Part shown: positions 30,068-40,725 of the stretch, in pieces | Numbering within the stretch: the stretch's first letter is position 1 | Layout of the letters: every line of letters begins with the position of its first letter | Source of the DNA: Cyanobacteriota bacterium | Lineage (GTDB): Bacteria > Cyanobacteriota > Cyanobacteriia > Cyanobacteriales > Nostocaceae | DNA length: 64,000 bases | Reading direction: 5' to 3' | Assembly (NCBI GenBank): GCA_046045965.1 | Contig: JBJOKS010000001.1 | Coordinates: 96,001-160,000 of the forward strand | The notes under the pieces: model-generated | The model's input: the letters and a program-made list of their open reading frames with translations, nothing else | Databases searched by the model: none | Told to the model about the DNA's origin: nothing | Program-made: the position numbers and the translations under genes

Positions 30068-30124
30068 TCACCTACCCAACATTTTATCCCTTAAATGTTT
30101 AATGCGATCGCCAATTTTCACCGC
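30068..30124 (-). pseudogene. Displaced duplicate of the uvrB 3' end
   Basis: Encodes [18 protein letters not shown], versus the uvrB end [18 protein letters not shown]. Confidence 0.8.
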
Positions 30125-30126
30125 CT

Positions 30127-30687
30127 TTAAACCTTCCTCAAAAAATCCATAATTGTAATTTCACACTCAGGAAAAGCTAAAGGTGATATAGTTAAATTTT
30201 CCCCTAAAATACTTTCACTTTGATAACCTGCGATACTCGGATCATGATAAACACATAACTTACGTCCATTAACGTCTAAAACCCAATAATCAATAATACC
30301 CGACTTAGCATAAGCTAAACTTTTAACTTCCCGGTCATATTTCAAACTAGAATCAGCAACTTCAATCACTAAAAACACTTCCGATGGTTGAGGATGATGA
30401 TCTTCATAATCTAAAACATTCGTTTTCACAACCGCAACATCTGGTTCAGGTTCAGAAAAATCATCAAGAGTAATAGGTGATTGAGTCCTAATTAAAACCT
30501 GATCACCCAAACGTTGATTTAAAATTCTTTGTATTCTAGTAATAGCTGCTTCGTGTGCAGTTCCTTTAGCTGCCATTTTAAGAATTTGTCCTGATAGTAA
30601 CTCTAGACGTTCTTCCGGGTGAAAAATCCCCATTTCCACCATTCTATGGTATTCTGTAACACTAATTTGGCGAATGTTAGTTAACAT
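30127..30687 (-). CDS. Uma2-family endonuclease
   Basis: EPEPDVAV, LVIEVADSSLKYDREVK..YA..GI.DYWVLD. Confidence 0.9.
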   Translation of the reverse strand: MLTNIRQISVTEYHRMVEMGIFHPEERLELLSGQILKMAAKGTAHEAAITRIQRILNQRLGDQVLIRTQSPITLDDFSEPEPDVAVVKTNVLDYEDHHPQPSEVFLVIEVADSSLKYDREVKSLAYAKSGIIDYWVLDVNGRKLCVYHDPSIAGYQSESILGENLTISPLAFPECEITIMDFLRKV

Positions 30688-30703
30688 AAAAATTCCTTTA
30701 TTA

Positions 30704-32701
30704 TTACTTACCCAACATTTTATCCCTTAAATGCTTAATCCTATCCCGTAACTTTGCAGCTTCTTCAAACTCCATCTTTTTCGCTGCTTCCTTCATCTGT
30801 TTTTCCAACACAGTAATTAACTCAGGAATATCCTCCAAAGCAAACTCATCAATATGTTCATCAACCACCTTTAAATCACTAGCATTCAACCTGCGAGAAA
30901 CATCCAAAAATGATAAAATTGCATTACTTGATTTTTTCACAATCGGTTGCGGAGTAATCCCGTGCATTTTATTATAAGCCATTTGAATACCCCTTCTTCG
31001 ATCAGTTTCCTCAATAGCTTTAATCATGCTATCTGTTAATTTATCAGCATACATTATCGCTTTCCCGTTAATATGACGCGCAGCACGGCCAATAGTTTGA
31101 ATTAACGAACGTTCCGCACGTAAGAAACCTTCCTTATCTGCATCCATGATAGCAACTAAAGAAACTTCCGGTAAATCCAAACCTTCTCGCAATAAATTTA
31201 CACCCACCAAAACATCAAATTTACCAATTCTTAAATCTTGTAGAATTTCAATTCTCTGAATAGAATTAATCTCAGAATGCAAATATCTAACTTTAATTCC
31301 CCTCTCTTCCAAATATTCAGTTAAATCTTCCGCCATGCGTTTAGTTAAGGTGGTAATTAACACCCGTTCTTTAAGTTCAACTCTATCTTTAATTTCTCCT
31401 AATAAATCATCAACTTGTCCATCTGTGGGACGCACAAATATTTCTGGATCAATAACTCCAGTTGGTCTAATTACCTGTTCTACTATATTATCTTCTGAAA
31501 TTTCAATTTCCCAATTTCCCGGAGTAGCAGAAACGAAAATACATTGATTAACTTTTTGCCAAAATTCTTCAGCTTTTAAAGGACGATTATCAGCAGCACT
31601 AGGAAGACGAAAACCATGATCAATTAAAACTTTCTTCCGTGCTTGATCACCATTGTACATTCCGCGAATTTGGGGAACAGTAACGTGAGATTCATCAATT
31701 ACTAATAACCAATCTTTAGGAAAATAATCAATTAAACATTCTGGTGGTTCTCCTGCTTGTCTACCTGCTAAATGACGAGAATAATTTTCTACACCGTTAC
31801 AATATCCCACTTCTCTTAACATTTCAATATCATAACGAGTGCGTTGATCTATTCTTTGTGCTTCTACTAATTTTCCTAATTCTTCTAAGTTTAATTTCTG
31901 TGCTTTTAATTCAGCGGCGATATCTGCACAAGCAATTTCTAACCTTTCTTCTGGGGTGACAAAGTGACGCGCAGGATAGATATTGACTGTTTCTAAACTG
32001 CTGAGAATTTCCCCCGTTACCGGATCAATATAACGTATTGCGTCTATTTCATCGCCAAAAAATTCAATTCTAATTATTCTATCTTCGTAAGCCGGTCCAA
32101 TTTCTAAAACATCACCACGAACTCTAAATTTACCCCGTCCCATTTCGACATCGTTGCGGCTATACTGCACAGATGTTAAATCTCGTAAAATCTGCCTTTG
32201 GTTAACTTCCATACCTATTTCTAGTTTAATTGCGGCTTTGAGGTATTCTGCGGGCATCCCTAAACCGTAAATACAACTAATGGAAGCAACAACAATTACA
32301 TCACGACGTTCAAATAGAGAACGAGTTGCAGAATGTCGTAACATATCTATTTCATCATTAATCGCTGCTGTTTTTTCTATATAAGTATCAGTAACGGGAA
32401 TATAAGCTTCCGGTTGATAATAGTCGTAATAACTAACAAAATACTCGACAGCGTTATGGGGGAAAAATTCCCGTAACTCATTACATAACTGCGCTGCAAG
32501 GGTTTTGTTATGTGCCAGAACTAGGGTAGGTTTACCAACTTTTTCAATAACTGCTGCGATAGAAAACGTCTTACCCGTTCCCGTTGCACCGAGTAAGGTT
32601 TGATAACGACTACCAGCTTGGATGCTTTTAAAAAGTTGGGCGATCGCCTGTGGTTGATCACCAGTGGGAGTAAAAGGAGCTTGAAGACTAAATTCTGTCA
32701 T
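30704..32701 (-). CDS. uvrB: Excinuclease ABC subunit B
   Basis: [33 protein letters not shown]-terminal UVR domain; start taken at [10 protein letters not shown]. Confidence 0.97.
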   Translation of the reverse strand: MTEFSLQAPFTPTGDQPQAIAQLFKSIQAGSRYQTLLGATGTGKTFSIAAVIEKVGKPTLVLAHNKTLAAQLCNELREFFPHNAVEYFVSYYDYYQPEAYIPVTDTYIEKTAAINDEIDMLRHSATRSLFERRDVIVVASISCIYGLGMPAEYLKAAIKLEIGMEVNQRQILRDLTSVQYSRNDVEMGRGKFRVRGDVLEIGPAYEDRIIRIEFFGDEIDAIRYIDPVTGEILSSLETVNIYPARHFVTPEERLEIACADIAAELKAQKLNLEELGKLVEAQRIDQRTRYDIEMLREVGYCNGVENYSRHLAGRQAGEPPECLIDYFPKDWLLVIDESHVTVPQIRGMYNGDQARKKVLIDHGFRLPSAADNRPLKAEEFWQKVNQCIFVSATPGNWEIEISEDNIVEQVIRPTGVIDPEIFVRPTDGQVDDLLGEIKDRVELKERVLITTLTKRMAEDLTEYLEERGIKVRYLHSEINSIQRIEILQDLRIGKFDVLVGVNLLREGLDLPEVSLVAIMDADKEGFLRAERSLIQTIGRAARHINGKAIMYADKLTDSMIKAIEETDRRRGIQMAYNKMHGITPQPIVKKSSNAILSFLDVSRRLNASDLKVVDEHIDEFALEDIPELITVLEKQMKEAAKKMEFEEAAKLRDRIKHLRDKMLGK

Positions 32702-32969
32702 AACCGTTTCGCTGAACATACCCTTTCCCATAGTAGCGATAGTGGGGATGCGATCGCCTAACCGTGTAATCAGATATTGTTTACAAAAGTTTACTCTTTT
32801 AATTTACTTATGTATCTGTTTTGAAGAAACTTATATCTATATGTGGTTTTTTAAGGTTACACTCTTGTATATGGGAAAAAATAAACCTTTCCTTAAATAT
32901 TGTAAAATTCACGTAACAAGCTAGAGGTGTTAGTTTATAAACCACCTCAGATGCAAAGGAGATAAAAAA

Positions 32970-33320
32970 GTGGAAGAAAATCAAGGTAATACAGAACAAG
33001 GTTCTCAGGGGACAATTATAGTTGCTGGAGAGCGTCCTATTGGTAGCAGCGACTTACAATTTTCAGGAACAGTATCAATAGCTGGTTTACGTCCCATTAG
33101 TACAAGTAGTATACAAGTGATTGAAACTTACAATTCAATGGGAATTCGTCCCATTACTGCGAATACATTTCAAGTAGTGAATAGTATTAACCTATCCGGT
33201 ATTCGTCCAATTGCTTCCAGTGCATTGGTCGTTTCGGAAAACTATTCAATATTTGGTAATCGTCCCATAGCATCAAATACAGTTGATGATTCTGAGGTTT
33301 TGATGGGTTTTCTCGACTAA
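32970..33320 (+). CDS. Small hypothetical protein built from five GxRPI repeats
   Basis: GERPI, GLRPI, GIRPI, GIRPI, GNRPI at about 19-aa spacing; AGGAG RBS. Confidence 0.75.
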   Translation: MEENQGNTEQGSQGTIIVAGERPIGSSDLQFSGTVSIAGLRPISTSSIQVIETYNSMGIRPITANTFQVVNSINLSGIRPIASSALVVSENYSIFGNRPIASNTVDDSEVLMGFLD

Positions 33321-33347
33321 TTTCTAATATTATCCTCATATCTTTTC

Positions 33348-33380
33348 AACCCGGTTTTATCAATAAACTGGGTTTTTTTT
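33348..33380 (+). terminator. Rho-independent terminator
   Basis: AACCCGGTTT...AAACTGGGTT stem followed by a T run. Confidence 0.7.
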
Positions 33381-33496
33381 ATTCCTTATTCCTTTTTGCA
33401 TAGATATCTAATATATCGTATATATCTTGTGGTGGAAGTGTTAAGTCAATATTCAAGCTAATTTAGTAGGGTGATTAGTAATTATAGGTAAAAAAA

Positions 33497-33679
33497 ATGA
33501 GCATAGAAAAACGGGCGAAAGCCACAGGTAAAAATATTGAAGGTAAAGCACAAGAAGCTTTAGGAAATATGACTGGTGATCCCGAAGATAAAGCTGAAGG
33601 TAAGGCCAAACAAACAGAAAGTGAAGTGCGTCACTCTGTGGAAGATGTCAAAGATAATGTAAAAAAAAAGCTTGATTAA
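33497..33679 (+). CDS. CsbD-family stress protein
   Basis: EGKAQEALG.MTGD.....EGKAKQ. Confidence 0.88.
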   Translation: MSIEKRAKATGKNIEGKAQEALGNMTGDPEDKAEGKAKQTESEVRHSVEDVKDNVKKKLD

Positions 33680-33752
33680 AAGAACGCAGATAAACGCAGA
33701 TAGACGCAGATGATTTATTGATGAGAAAGTTTGTTATCTGAGGAGTAAAATT

Positions 33753-34193
33753 ATGATTTTAATTCAGCAGAGTCGCAAAATATTGACGGCTTTTGTGTTG
33801 ATTTTAATATTAACTTTAACTACTGCTTGTGGTGGGGGAAGAGTTGCAGAAGTTGATCGTACAACTACTCCACCAGCAGTAGGGAGAGATGTGACTTATG
33901 CTGAATTAGAACGCGGTAATACTCCCGCAGGGCAAAATTTTGGAAACTGGGTTGTGCAGACTTCTAAGGGATTAGTTACAGATGCTTTTGTGAGAGATAA
34001 TAATAAATTAGGTGTGGTTATTTCGCCTCAAGTTAGTCCTAAGGAAGTGCGTCCTTTAGCAAATTCTTTGGTGCAGGGTTTTAGAAAGAATTTTCCTAAC
34101 CAAGATGTGAAGGTTTTGATCTATGCACCTGATAAAAAATTAATTTTAACTGCTGATTATATTGCTCAGACAAATCAAGTTAGGTATAGCTAA
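33753..34193 (+). CDS. Hypothetical lipoprotein
   Basis: Lipobox LTTAC after a hydrophobic stretch. Confidence 0.75.
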   Translation: MILIQQSRKILTAFVLILILTLTTACGGGRVAEVDRTTTPPAVGRDVTYAELERGNTPAGQNFGNWVVQTSKGLVTDAFVRDNNKLGVVISPQVSPKEVRPLANSLVQGFRKNFPNQDVKVLIYAPDKKLILTADYIAQTNQVRYS

Positions 34194-34263
34194 CCATAAA
34201 AGGTAATTGAAAATTCAAAATCACAGCTTCATTGTGTAAATAATAAATCAGGAGAGCAGTCAC

Positions 34264-34785
34264 GTGAGAAGTAGTGAAGAATATAAACGCGAGATTATGA
34301 AAGATTTGGCTCAGGGAAATGTCGAATCTTTGGATAATATGCCGACAGATACGACAAATGAATATGAAACTTTTGATGATTTTGCTCAACGCACAACAAC
34401 AGATCAAAGACGGCATTTATTTAATCAATCTTTGCAACCAGACCGTATTCCTCCTAGTCAGATGGAACCGGAGTTACAAAAGGCAATTTCTCAAATTAAA
34501 CCCAATGAAAGAGATGATGTAGCAAGAGCTTTTTTCAAACAATTAAAGGAACGAGGACTGGATGATAAAAGGTTAGAACAGCAGTTAAATCTTTCTACTC
34601 ATCATCCTAACCGTATGACTGCTGATGATGTGAGTAAATTAGCCTCTTTTACCTATCATAATCATCCTGATGTTTTTCGTGAAGTGTTAGCGGAACAACC
34701 AGGAATTATCAAGTTTCTTAGTAATCCTATTGTGGCGGGAATTATTGGTATTGCGGCGGCTAAATGGTTGGGTAGTCGGAAGTGA
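34264..34785 (+). CDS. Hypothetical protein with a C-terminal hydrophobic helix
   Basis: AGGAG RBS; 173-aa ORF. Confidence 0.7.
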   Translation: MRSSEEYKREIMKDLAQGNVESLDNMPTDTTNEYETFDDFAQRTTTDQRRHLFNQSLQPDRIPPSQMEPELQKAISQIKPNERDDVARAFFKQLKERGLDDKRLEQQLNLSTHHPNRMTADDVSKLASFTYHNHPDVFREVLAEQPGIIKFLSNPIVAGIIGIAAAKWLGSRK

Positions 34786-35023
34786 TTATCTGTAGTTTTG
34801 TAGTAAATAAGTTCCCCGACTTCTGCTTTGTTTGGTAAGAAGTTGGGGATCTAGGTTCTATACTCGAAAAAAGATTATTCCTAATTGTAGAAATAAGATA
34901 ATGGAAACTTTAATCTGAGATCCCCGACTTCTGTAATAAATTGATAATTTATTGACAAGTTTAAAAAAGAAGTCGGGGATCTGATGTTGATCGTTTTGTT
35001 TGTGCGATCGCCTACACCACTAC

Positions 35024-35497
35024 CTAACCTTCTCCCTGACCACCTGATTGCTTGATTAAATAATCTAAAATTCTGTCAATTCGTTCCAAGGCAGCATTTG
35101 TGGTACGCTGAAACTCTTGATTGTTTCTTTGGAACTCCTGATTATTTCTTTGAAACTCCTGAAACTGCCTTTCAGACTGCCTTAGTGCTTGCTGGTGTAA
35201 ACGTGCAATATCCGCAAGGTTGGTTACTGTTCTCTCTAGTCGTGCTAAAGCTTGACTGTTAGAACGGGTTTCACGTCTGACACCCTCCTGAATAGTACGG
35301 ACTAAATCAATTTCATCTCCAAGCTGATCTAATCTGCTATCAATATCATCCAGTCTTGCATATACAGCATTTTCCGGTGTAATGAGGTACAATTTGGGCG
35401 GGCAAGATGCCCACCCCACAAGAGTTTCATGATGATGATTTGTACCTCATAAGAACGAAATCTGCTGTATATCTTCTGATGGCTGTGAATTACTCAT
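35024..35497 (-). pseudogene. Coiled-coil protein gene interrupted by a miniature element
   Basis: Removing 35365-35467 plus one TA restores MSNSQPSEDIYARLDD...; ATG overlaps the upstream gene's stop (ATGA). Confidence 0.8.
35365..35467. mobile_element. 103-bp MITE/REP-like insertion with TA duplication
   Basis: Ends CAGCA...TGCTG, inner inverted repeat TGAGGTACAA/TTGTACCTCA, flanked by TA on both sides; core GGGCGGGCAAGATGCCCACCCCACAAGAG. Confidence 0.8.
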
Positions 35498-35664
35498 AAT
35501 ACCTCTTTATTTTGTGGGTTTTCTTTATTTTTCTCCTTAATAGCTTTCGTCACAATGTACGCGGCCAGGTTAGCTGGTGTACGCTCCTGTTCTTCAGCTA
35601 TGTTTATAAGCTCTTTATATATTTCTTCATCCAGTGTAATTGTCACTCTCGGTCTGATAGCCAT
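35494..35664 (-). CDS. CopG-like ribbon-helix-helix protein
   Basis: MAIRPRVTITLDEEIYKEL..IAE.QERTPANLAAYIV. Confidence 0.8.
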   Translation of the reverse strand: MAIRPRVTITLDEEIYKELINIAEEQERTPANLAAYIVTKAIKEKNKENPQNKEVL

Positions 35665-35857
35665 AGGTCTAATATCTAGCAGTGACACTATTTTAGATTC
35701 CTGTTGATCAAAAAATACTAAGCTGACTGCTAACGCGATTAACATCACAGGTCTACTATAGCATCATCAGCAGCAAATTTAAATTTCATAAAAAAATAAA
35801 CCCCCGACTTCCTAAAGAAATCGAGGATTTAAGTATTATTCAGTTAACAGTATTCAA

Positions 35858-36565
35858 TTAAACAGCCGCTAATTCCTTAGTAGGACGCTTGCTGTTACGA
35901 ATATTATTGATTGCTTCCGCATAGTCAGGAGCATTAAACACAGCAGAACCAGCTACAATAGCATTAGCGCCGGCTTCCAAAACTTGCCAGGTGTTATTAG
36001 CTTTGAGTCCACCATCAACTTCGATCCAAGGATCTAAACCGCGTTCATCACACATTTGACGCAGTTTACGAATTTTAGGAACGACGCTAGGAATAAAGCT
36101 TTGTCCACCGAAACCGGGGTTAACGCTCATAATCAGCACTAAATCACATAGTTCCAGTACGTATTCAATTAATTCTAAAGGTGTACCAGGGTTGAGTACA
36201 ACTCCAGCTTGTTTACCGAGTTCTTTGATTTGTCCCAAAGTCCGGTGTAAGTGAGGTGAAGCGTTATGTTCAGCGTGTACAGAAATGATATCAGCACCAG
36301 CCTTAGCAAAACCTTCTACATACTTTTCTGGTTCCACGATCATTAAGTGGACATCCAGGGGTTTGGTTGTAATCGGACGAATCGCCTCCACAACCAGAGG
36401 ACCTATTGTAATATTAGGTACAAAACGTCCGTCCATTACATCAACGTGAATCCAATCTGCTCCCGCTTTGTCCACAGCGCGAATATCGTCACCTAGACGA
36501 CTAAAATCCGCTGATAGGATAGATGGAGAGATAACTATAGGCTTTTTAGATGGGCTTTGGGTCAT
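35858..36565 (-). CDS. rpe: Ribulose-phosphate 3-epimerase
   Basis: [35 protein letters not shown]. Confidence 0.97.
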   Translation of the reverse strand: MTQSPSKKPIVISPSILSADFSRLGDDIRAVDKAGADWIHVDVMDGRFVPNITIGPLVVEAIRPITTKPLDVHLMIVEPEKYVEGFAKAGADIISVHAEHNASPHLHRTLGQIKELGKQAGVVLNPGTPLELIEYVLELCDLVLIMSVNPGFGGQSFIPSVVPKIRKLRQMCDERGLDPWIEVDGGLKANNTWQVLEAGANAIVAGSAVFNAPDYAEAINNIRNSKRPTKELAAV

Positions 36566-36713
36566 GGCTAGTGGGTTCTTAATCGTCCTCGTCTGTAGGC
36601 ATTGTAACAAAATATGGAGAAATCAATTCATAATTCATAATTCATAATTCATAATTTTTCAGAAAACTCCTCCTTTTGCCTTTTGCCTCTTGCCTTTTGC
36701 TTCAAAATGGACT

Positions 36714-38303
36714 ATGAAAAAAATCTGGATAATTTGCGGTTTGGCTGTTTCCTGTTTAACTGTGCCAGTGTTGGCATCTGTAAAGTTTGGCGGTTCTCTA
36801 GGAAGCGGTGGTATTGATGCGCTGAAATTACATCAACCACCATACAATTTAACTGGCCGCAAAATTGCCATCGGTCAGGTAGAAATTGGTCGTCCTGGTA
36901 TGTTTGGTTTAGATAAAGCGGTCTCTAAAAATCGTGCTATTTCTCCTATTGCAGTATTTTCACGCACTACACCAGCTAAGTCAAATACTGGTGTTGATCC
37001 CCATGCTTATAATGTTGCTGCGGTGATGGTCAGTAAAGATAAAGCTTGGCCGGGAGTTGCACCAGATGCAAGACTATATTCTTCTGCTGTGGGTGCTACG
37101 AGAAATATGGGTCAAGCGGAAGAATGTTTATCAGCGCAACATATAGCATTACAAAACAGTGGTGATGTTCGTGCTATTAACTTTAGTTTTGGCGAACCTT
37201 TGAACCGTGATCCCAGACCAGAAGCGGTTTTAGATGGTCAAGCTTTACTAACTTTGTGTATTGATTGGTCAAGTCGGGTGCATAATGTGGTGTATGCGAT
37301 CGCTGGAAATCAAGGTAAAGGCGGGATTCCCATTCCTACAGATAATTTTAACGCAATTAACGTGGCTTTTTCATCACCAAGAGAGGGAATTTTTAATAAA
37401 GTTCATGTTTCTAATTTAGCAGGAAATAATCAAGGAGTAGGCGATCGCTTAGTTGGTAAAGAATTTAATATTGGTGGACGCAGATCAGTGAGTTTAGTCG
37501 CTCCTGGTAGTAATATTCCTGTACTTAACCCGGATGGGAAATTGAATAAATCTACAGGTTCAAGTTTTGCCGCACCTCACCTTACAGCTACGATTGCATT
37601 ATTACAAGAATTTGCTGACAGACAGTTAAGAATTAAACAACCTAATTGGACTATTGATGCGAGAAATCATCAAGTTATGAAAGCTGTATTATTAAATTCA
37701 GCAGAAAAAATTCAAGATAGTGGTGATGGTTTGCGGTTGGGAATGACCAGAAATTTAGTTGATAAACAAAATCGAGATTGGTTTGTTTCTGATGCTTACA
37801 AAGACCCGAAAATTCCTTTAGATGATCAAATGGGAGCAGGACATTTAAACGCTTTTCGTGCTTATCAACAATTGATGTTTGGTCAATGGCAACCAGCCGC
37901 ACCTATTCCGCCTATAGGTTGGGATTATAACACAATTAATGCTAATTCTGCTCTAGAATATAAGTTAGAAAAACCCTTAAAACAAAATAGTTTTGTAGCT
38001 GTCACCTTAACTTGGGATAGATTAGTGGAATTAGATGATAAAAATAAAAATCAACAATATGATGTGGATGAAAGTTTTATAGATAAAGGATTAAATAACC
38101 TCGACATTTATCTAGTCAAAGCGGACGATCCAAAAACAGAAATTGCCAGTTGTGCTTCTGTGAGTGAAATTGATAATGTAGAGCAAATTTTTTGTCCTGT
38201 TCCTGCTACGGGTAATTATAAAATTCGTGTGCAGTTTAAACAACAAGTCAACGAACCTACTCAAGCATACTCTTTAGCTTGGTGGACTGTTCCTGAAAAT
38301 TAG
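36714..38303 (+). CDS. Secreted S8 subtilase-family peptidase
   Basis: Signal peptide; GQVEIG, DPHAYNVA, AGN, GSSFAAPH. Confidence 0.85.
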   Translation: MKKIWIICGLAVSCLTVPVLASVKFGGSLGSGGIDALKLHQPPYNLTGRKIAIGQVEIGRPGMFGLDKAVSKNRAISPIAVFSRTTPAKSNTGVDPHAYNVAAVMVSKDKAWPGVAPDARLYSSAVGATRNMGQAEECLSAQHIALQNSGDVRAINFSFGEPLNRDPRPEAVLDGQALLTLCIDWSSRVHNVVYAIAGNQGKGGIPIPTDNFNAINVAFSSPREGIFNKVHVSNLAGNNQGVGDRLVGKEFNIGGRRSVSLVAPGSNIPVLNPDGKLNKSTGSSFAAPHLTATIALLQEFADRQLRIKQPNWTIDARNHQVMKAVLLNSAEKIQDSGDGLRLGMTRNLVDKQNRDWFVSDAYKDPKIPLDDQMGAGHLNAFRAYQQLMFGQWQPAAPIPPIGWDYNTINANSALEYKLEKPLKQNSFVAVTLTWDRLVELDDKNKNQQYDVDESFIDKGLNNLDIYLVKADDPKTEIASCASVSEIDNVEQIFCPVPATGNYKIRVQFKQQVNEPTQAYSLAWWTVPEN

Positions 38304-38507
38304 ATATTGAAATAGATACCCAATTGCTATGAGAATTTGGGTATCTATATTTTGGATATGTTACCTATTGAAACAAACCTGAGCTAAAAACCTGTTACCA
38401 AAACTGTAACCATTAAATGTTTATGTGCGGTATATGAGATAGTGAACATCTGACACATCATGAGCGTCTAACATCATAGACAGCTGAAACAACAAATGAG
38501 GTAGCAG

Positions 38508-38717
38508 ATGAACGTACACAAATTTAGTGCTGTGCAAGAAAATTTCTTACAAAGACGGTACGGAGTGAGTTTAGGTAGACGCTACGTTTTAGCAGCAGCT
38601 AGTATTGTGATGTTGAGTGTACTTGGTTGTTCCCAAATTGATGATAATACCGCATTAATCACTAAATCGCGTCTACCTAGTACCGAGTCTGAATTGACCA
38701 AAGATCATGGCTACTGA
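38508..38717 (+). CDS. Short lipoprotein-like ORF, possibly a truncated gene
   Basis: GAGG RBS; RRYVLAAASIVMLSVLGC signal/lipobox with only about 28 mature residues. Confidence 0.45.
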   Translation: MNVHKFSAVQENFLQRRYGVSLGRRYVLAAASIVMLSVLGCSQIDDNTALITKSRLPSTESELTKDHGY

Positions 38718-38788
38718 TGATGTTTGTTGCTTCTGGTTTCTGTAAGGGTTTAGCAATGTTAAACCCCTACTGACTCCTGGAACTCCTG

Positions 38789-40501
38789 CTAATAATGTGA
38801 ACCCGACTTGCGGTGGTTGATAGCAGTCACAGCATCAGGTTTGAGTAATTTACCGTTATCAACGGTTGCATATACTACCCAATGATCGCCACATTCCAGA
38901 CGTTGGTTAACGGAACATTCCAAATATGCACAAGCATCGGTAAGCACTGCACAACCATTGTCTGCTTCGACTGTTTGGAAGTTAGCAAACCTGTCTTCTC
39001 CAGGAGCAAAATGCTTGCGGAAATGTCTCATGTAGTCTACATGAACACCTTCTGGAAGAATATTCAAGACAAACTTACCACCAGGATACATTAATGATTC
39101 AACAGCGCGATCCTTAGCGATCGCCACTGTAATTCCTGGTGGATTAAAAGTAGCTTGAGATACCCAAGTTCCCAGCATTGCTGTAGAAACTTCACCTTGT
39201 TTAGCTGCAACCACACACACAGAACCAACTATTCTCCCTACTGCTTGTTCTGTAGGTGTTGCTGCTTGTTGGGGTACACGAATTTTCTTTGCTTTCTTCA
39301 AACTTTGTGCAAAGTCTGTACCCATCTCTTCACACATTTTCAGGGTGACTTCATCTGGTTTAAATTTCACTTTTAAAGTGTCAAAACCAAACCGATATCC
39401 AGCATCCCGCAGTTTACCTTCTACCAAGTCTAAAGCTTCTCCACTCCAACCATAGGAACCAAACACCCCAGCTAGTTTACTATTGTCACCAATAGCTAAA
39501 ACAATTCCTAAAGCTGTGTGTATGGGTGTGGGAGCATGGCCACCAATGGTAGGAGTACCAATAATAAACGCATCTGCTTGTTCTACAGTGCTACGAATTT
39601 CCTCTGGGGGTGCAAATTCGCAATTAATAGATTTAACCGCAACTCCACCTTTAGTCAATCCCCAAGCGATCGCCTGTGCTAAAGTTGCAGTGTTGCCATA
39701 AGCTGAAGCATAAAGTAAGGCCACAGATATTTCCCGATTCTTGTGGGAATGACACCATTCACCATAAGCTTTAGTTAGTTCAATTAAGCCAGTGCGTACC
39801 AATGGACCATGACCAACACCATACATTCTTACCTGCAAATCAGAGATTTTCTCTAAAGCAGCTTCGACATGAGTTGCATGGGGAGCCATCAAGCAATTAA
39901 AGTAATAATGCTGGTCTTCTTTAAAGGTTTCCGAATTATCATCAAAAACTTCATCACCGCAGATATGCACACCAAATAATTTATCTGTGTAGAGAATTTG
40001 GGTTTGTTGATCATAGGTGCAAAGTGCTTCTGGCCAACGGGGACTAGGAGTAGGTAAGAATTTCAAAACATGACCTTTACCTAAATCTAAGGTTTCTTTA
40101 CCCCGCATAATCAAAACTTTGATATCTTGATCTGGGAAAGCTGCACGCAAATTATTTGCACCGATTATAGAACAAACAAAAGTAATTTGCGGTGCAAGTT
40201 CTAACAGTGCTTTTAAGGTTGGTATGCGGTTAGGACTAAAATGACCCAAAATCACATAATCCAACTTTCTAAAATTGATAGTATTCTGCAATGCTTCCAA
40301 ATAAATATTTGTGAAGCTTTCCCCTGGAGGATCAATTAATGCAGTTTTATCGGCTTCTATTAAATAGCAATTTGCGGTAGTTCCTCGACAAAGTGCATAT
40401 TCAATTTCAAACCGTAGACGTGACCAACTTCTCGCTCTGAGAACTTTTGTGTTTGTAGCAATCGCTAGAATTTGTACGTCCCGTGGTTTGGAATCTGTCA
40501 T
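38789..40501 (-). CDS. flv1: Flavodiiron protein, Flv1 type (probably the heterocyst Flv1B)
   Basis: Beta-lactamase-like domain with non-canonical GHFSPNR, flavodoxin YASAYGNT, flavin reductase GDHW; tandem with flv3. Confidence 0.88.
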   Translation of the reverse strand: MTDSKPRDVQILAIATNTKVLRARSWSRLRFEIEYALCRGTTANCYLIEADKTALIDPPGESFTNIYLEALQNTINFRKLDYVILGHFSPNRIPTLKALLELAPQITFVCSIIGANNLRAAFPDQDIKVLIMRGKETLDLGKGHVLKFLPTPSPRWPEALCTYDQQTQILYTDKLFGVHICGDEVFDDNSETFKEDQHYYFNCLMAPHATHVEAALEKISDLQVRMYGVGHGPLVRTGLIELTKAYGEWCHSHKNREISVALLYASAYGNTATLAQAIAWGLTKGGVAVKSINCEFAPPEEIRSTVEQADAFIIGTPTIGGHAPTPIHTALGIVLAIGDNSKLAGVFGSYGWSGEALDLVEGKLRDAGYRFGFDTLKVKFKPDEVTLKMCEEMGTDFAQSLKKAKKIRVPQQAATPTEQAVGRIVGSVCVVAAKQGEVSTAMLGTWVSQATFNPPGITVAIAKDRAVESLMYPGGKFVLNILPEGVHVDYMRHFRKHFAPGEDRFANFQTVEADNGCAVLTDACAYLECSVNQRLECGDHWVVYATVDNGKLLKPDAVTAINHRKSGSHY

Positions 40502-40725
40502 AGATTTTTCTTGTGCATAAAAAACTTGAGCAACCCAATTTTTGGCTGATGTGAAAGCGTTAGAAACAGAATCAGAAAATGACATAGTATTTATCAAATA
40601 TTTTTGCTAGATAAATATCTGTTTGTTCATGAAAACTCAACATGGAAATATTGGGAATTGATAATGGGTAATTAGAATAATTATTGATTACCTATTCCCA
40701 ATACCAAGTCCCCAGTCCCCAGTCC

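Noticed and set aside
28076..30126. Retron (PtuAB effector type)
   Set aside because: There is no reverse transcriptase nearby, and the 147 bp upstream of the ATPase holds a simple repeat and the uvrB-tail copy rather than a recognisable msr-msd.
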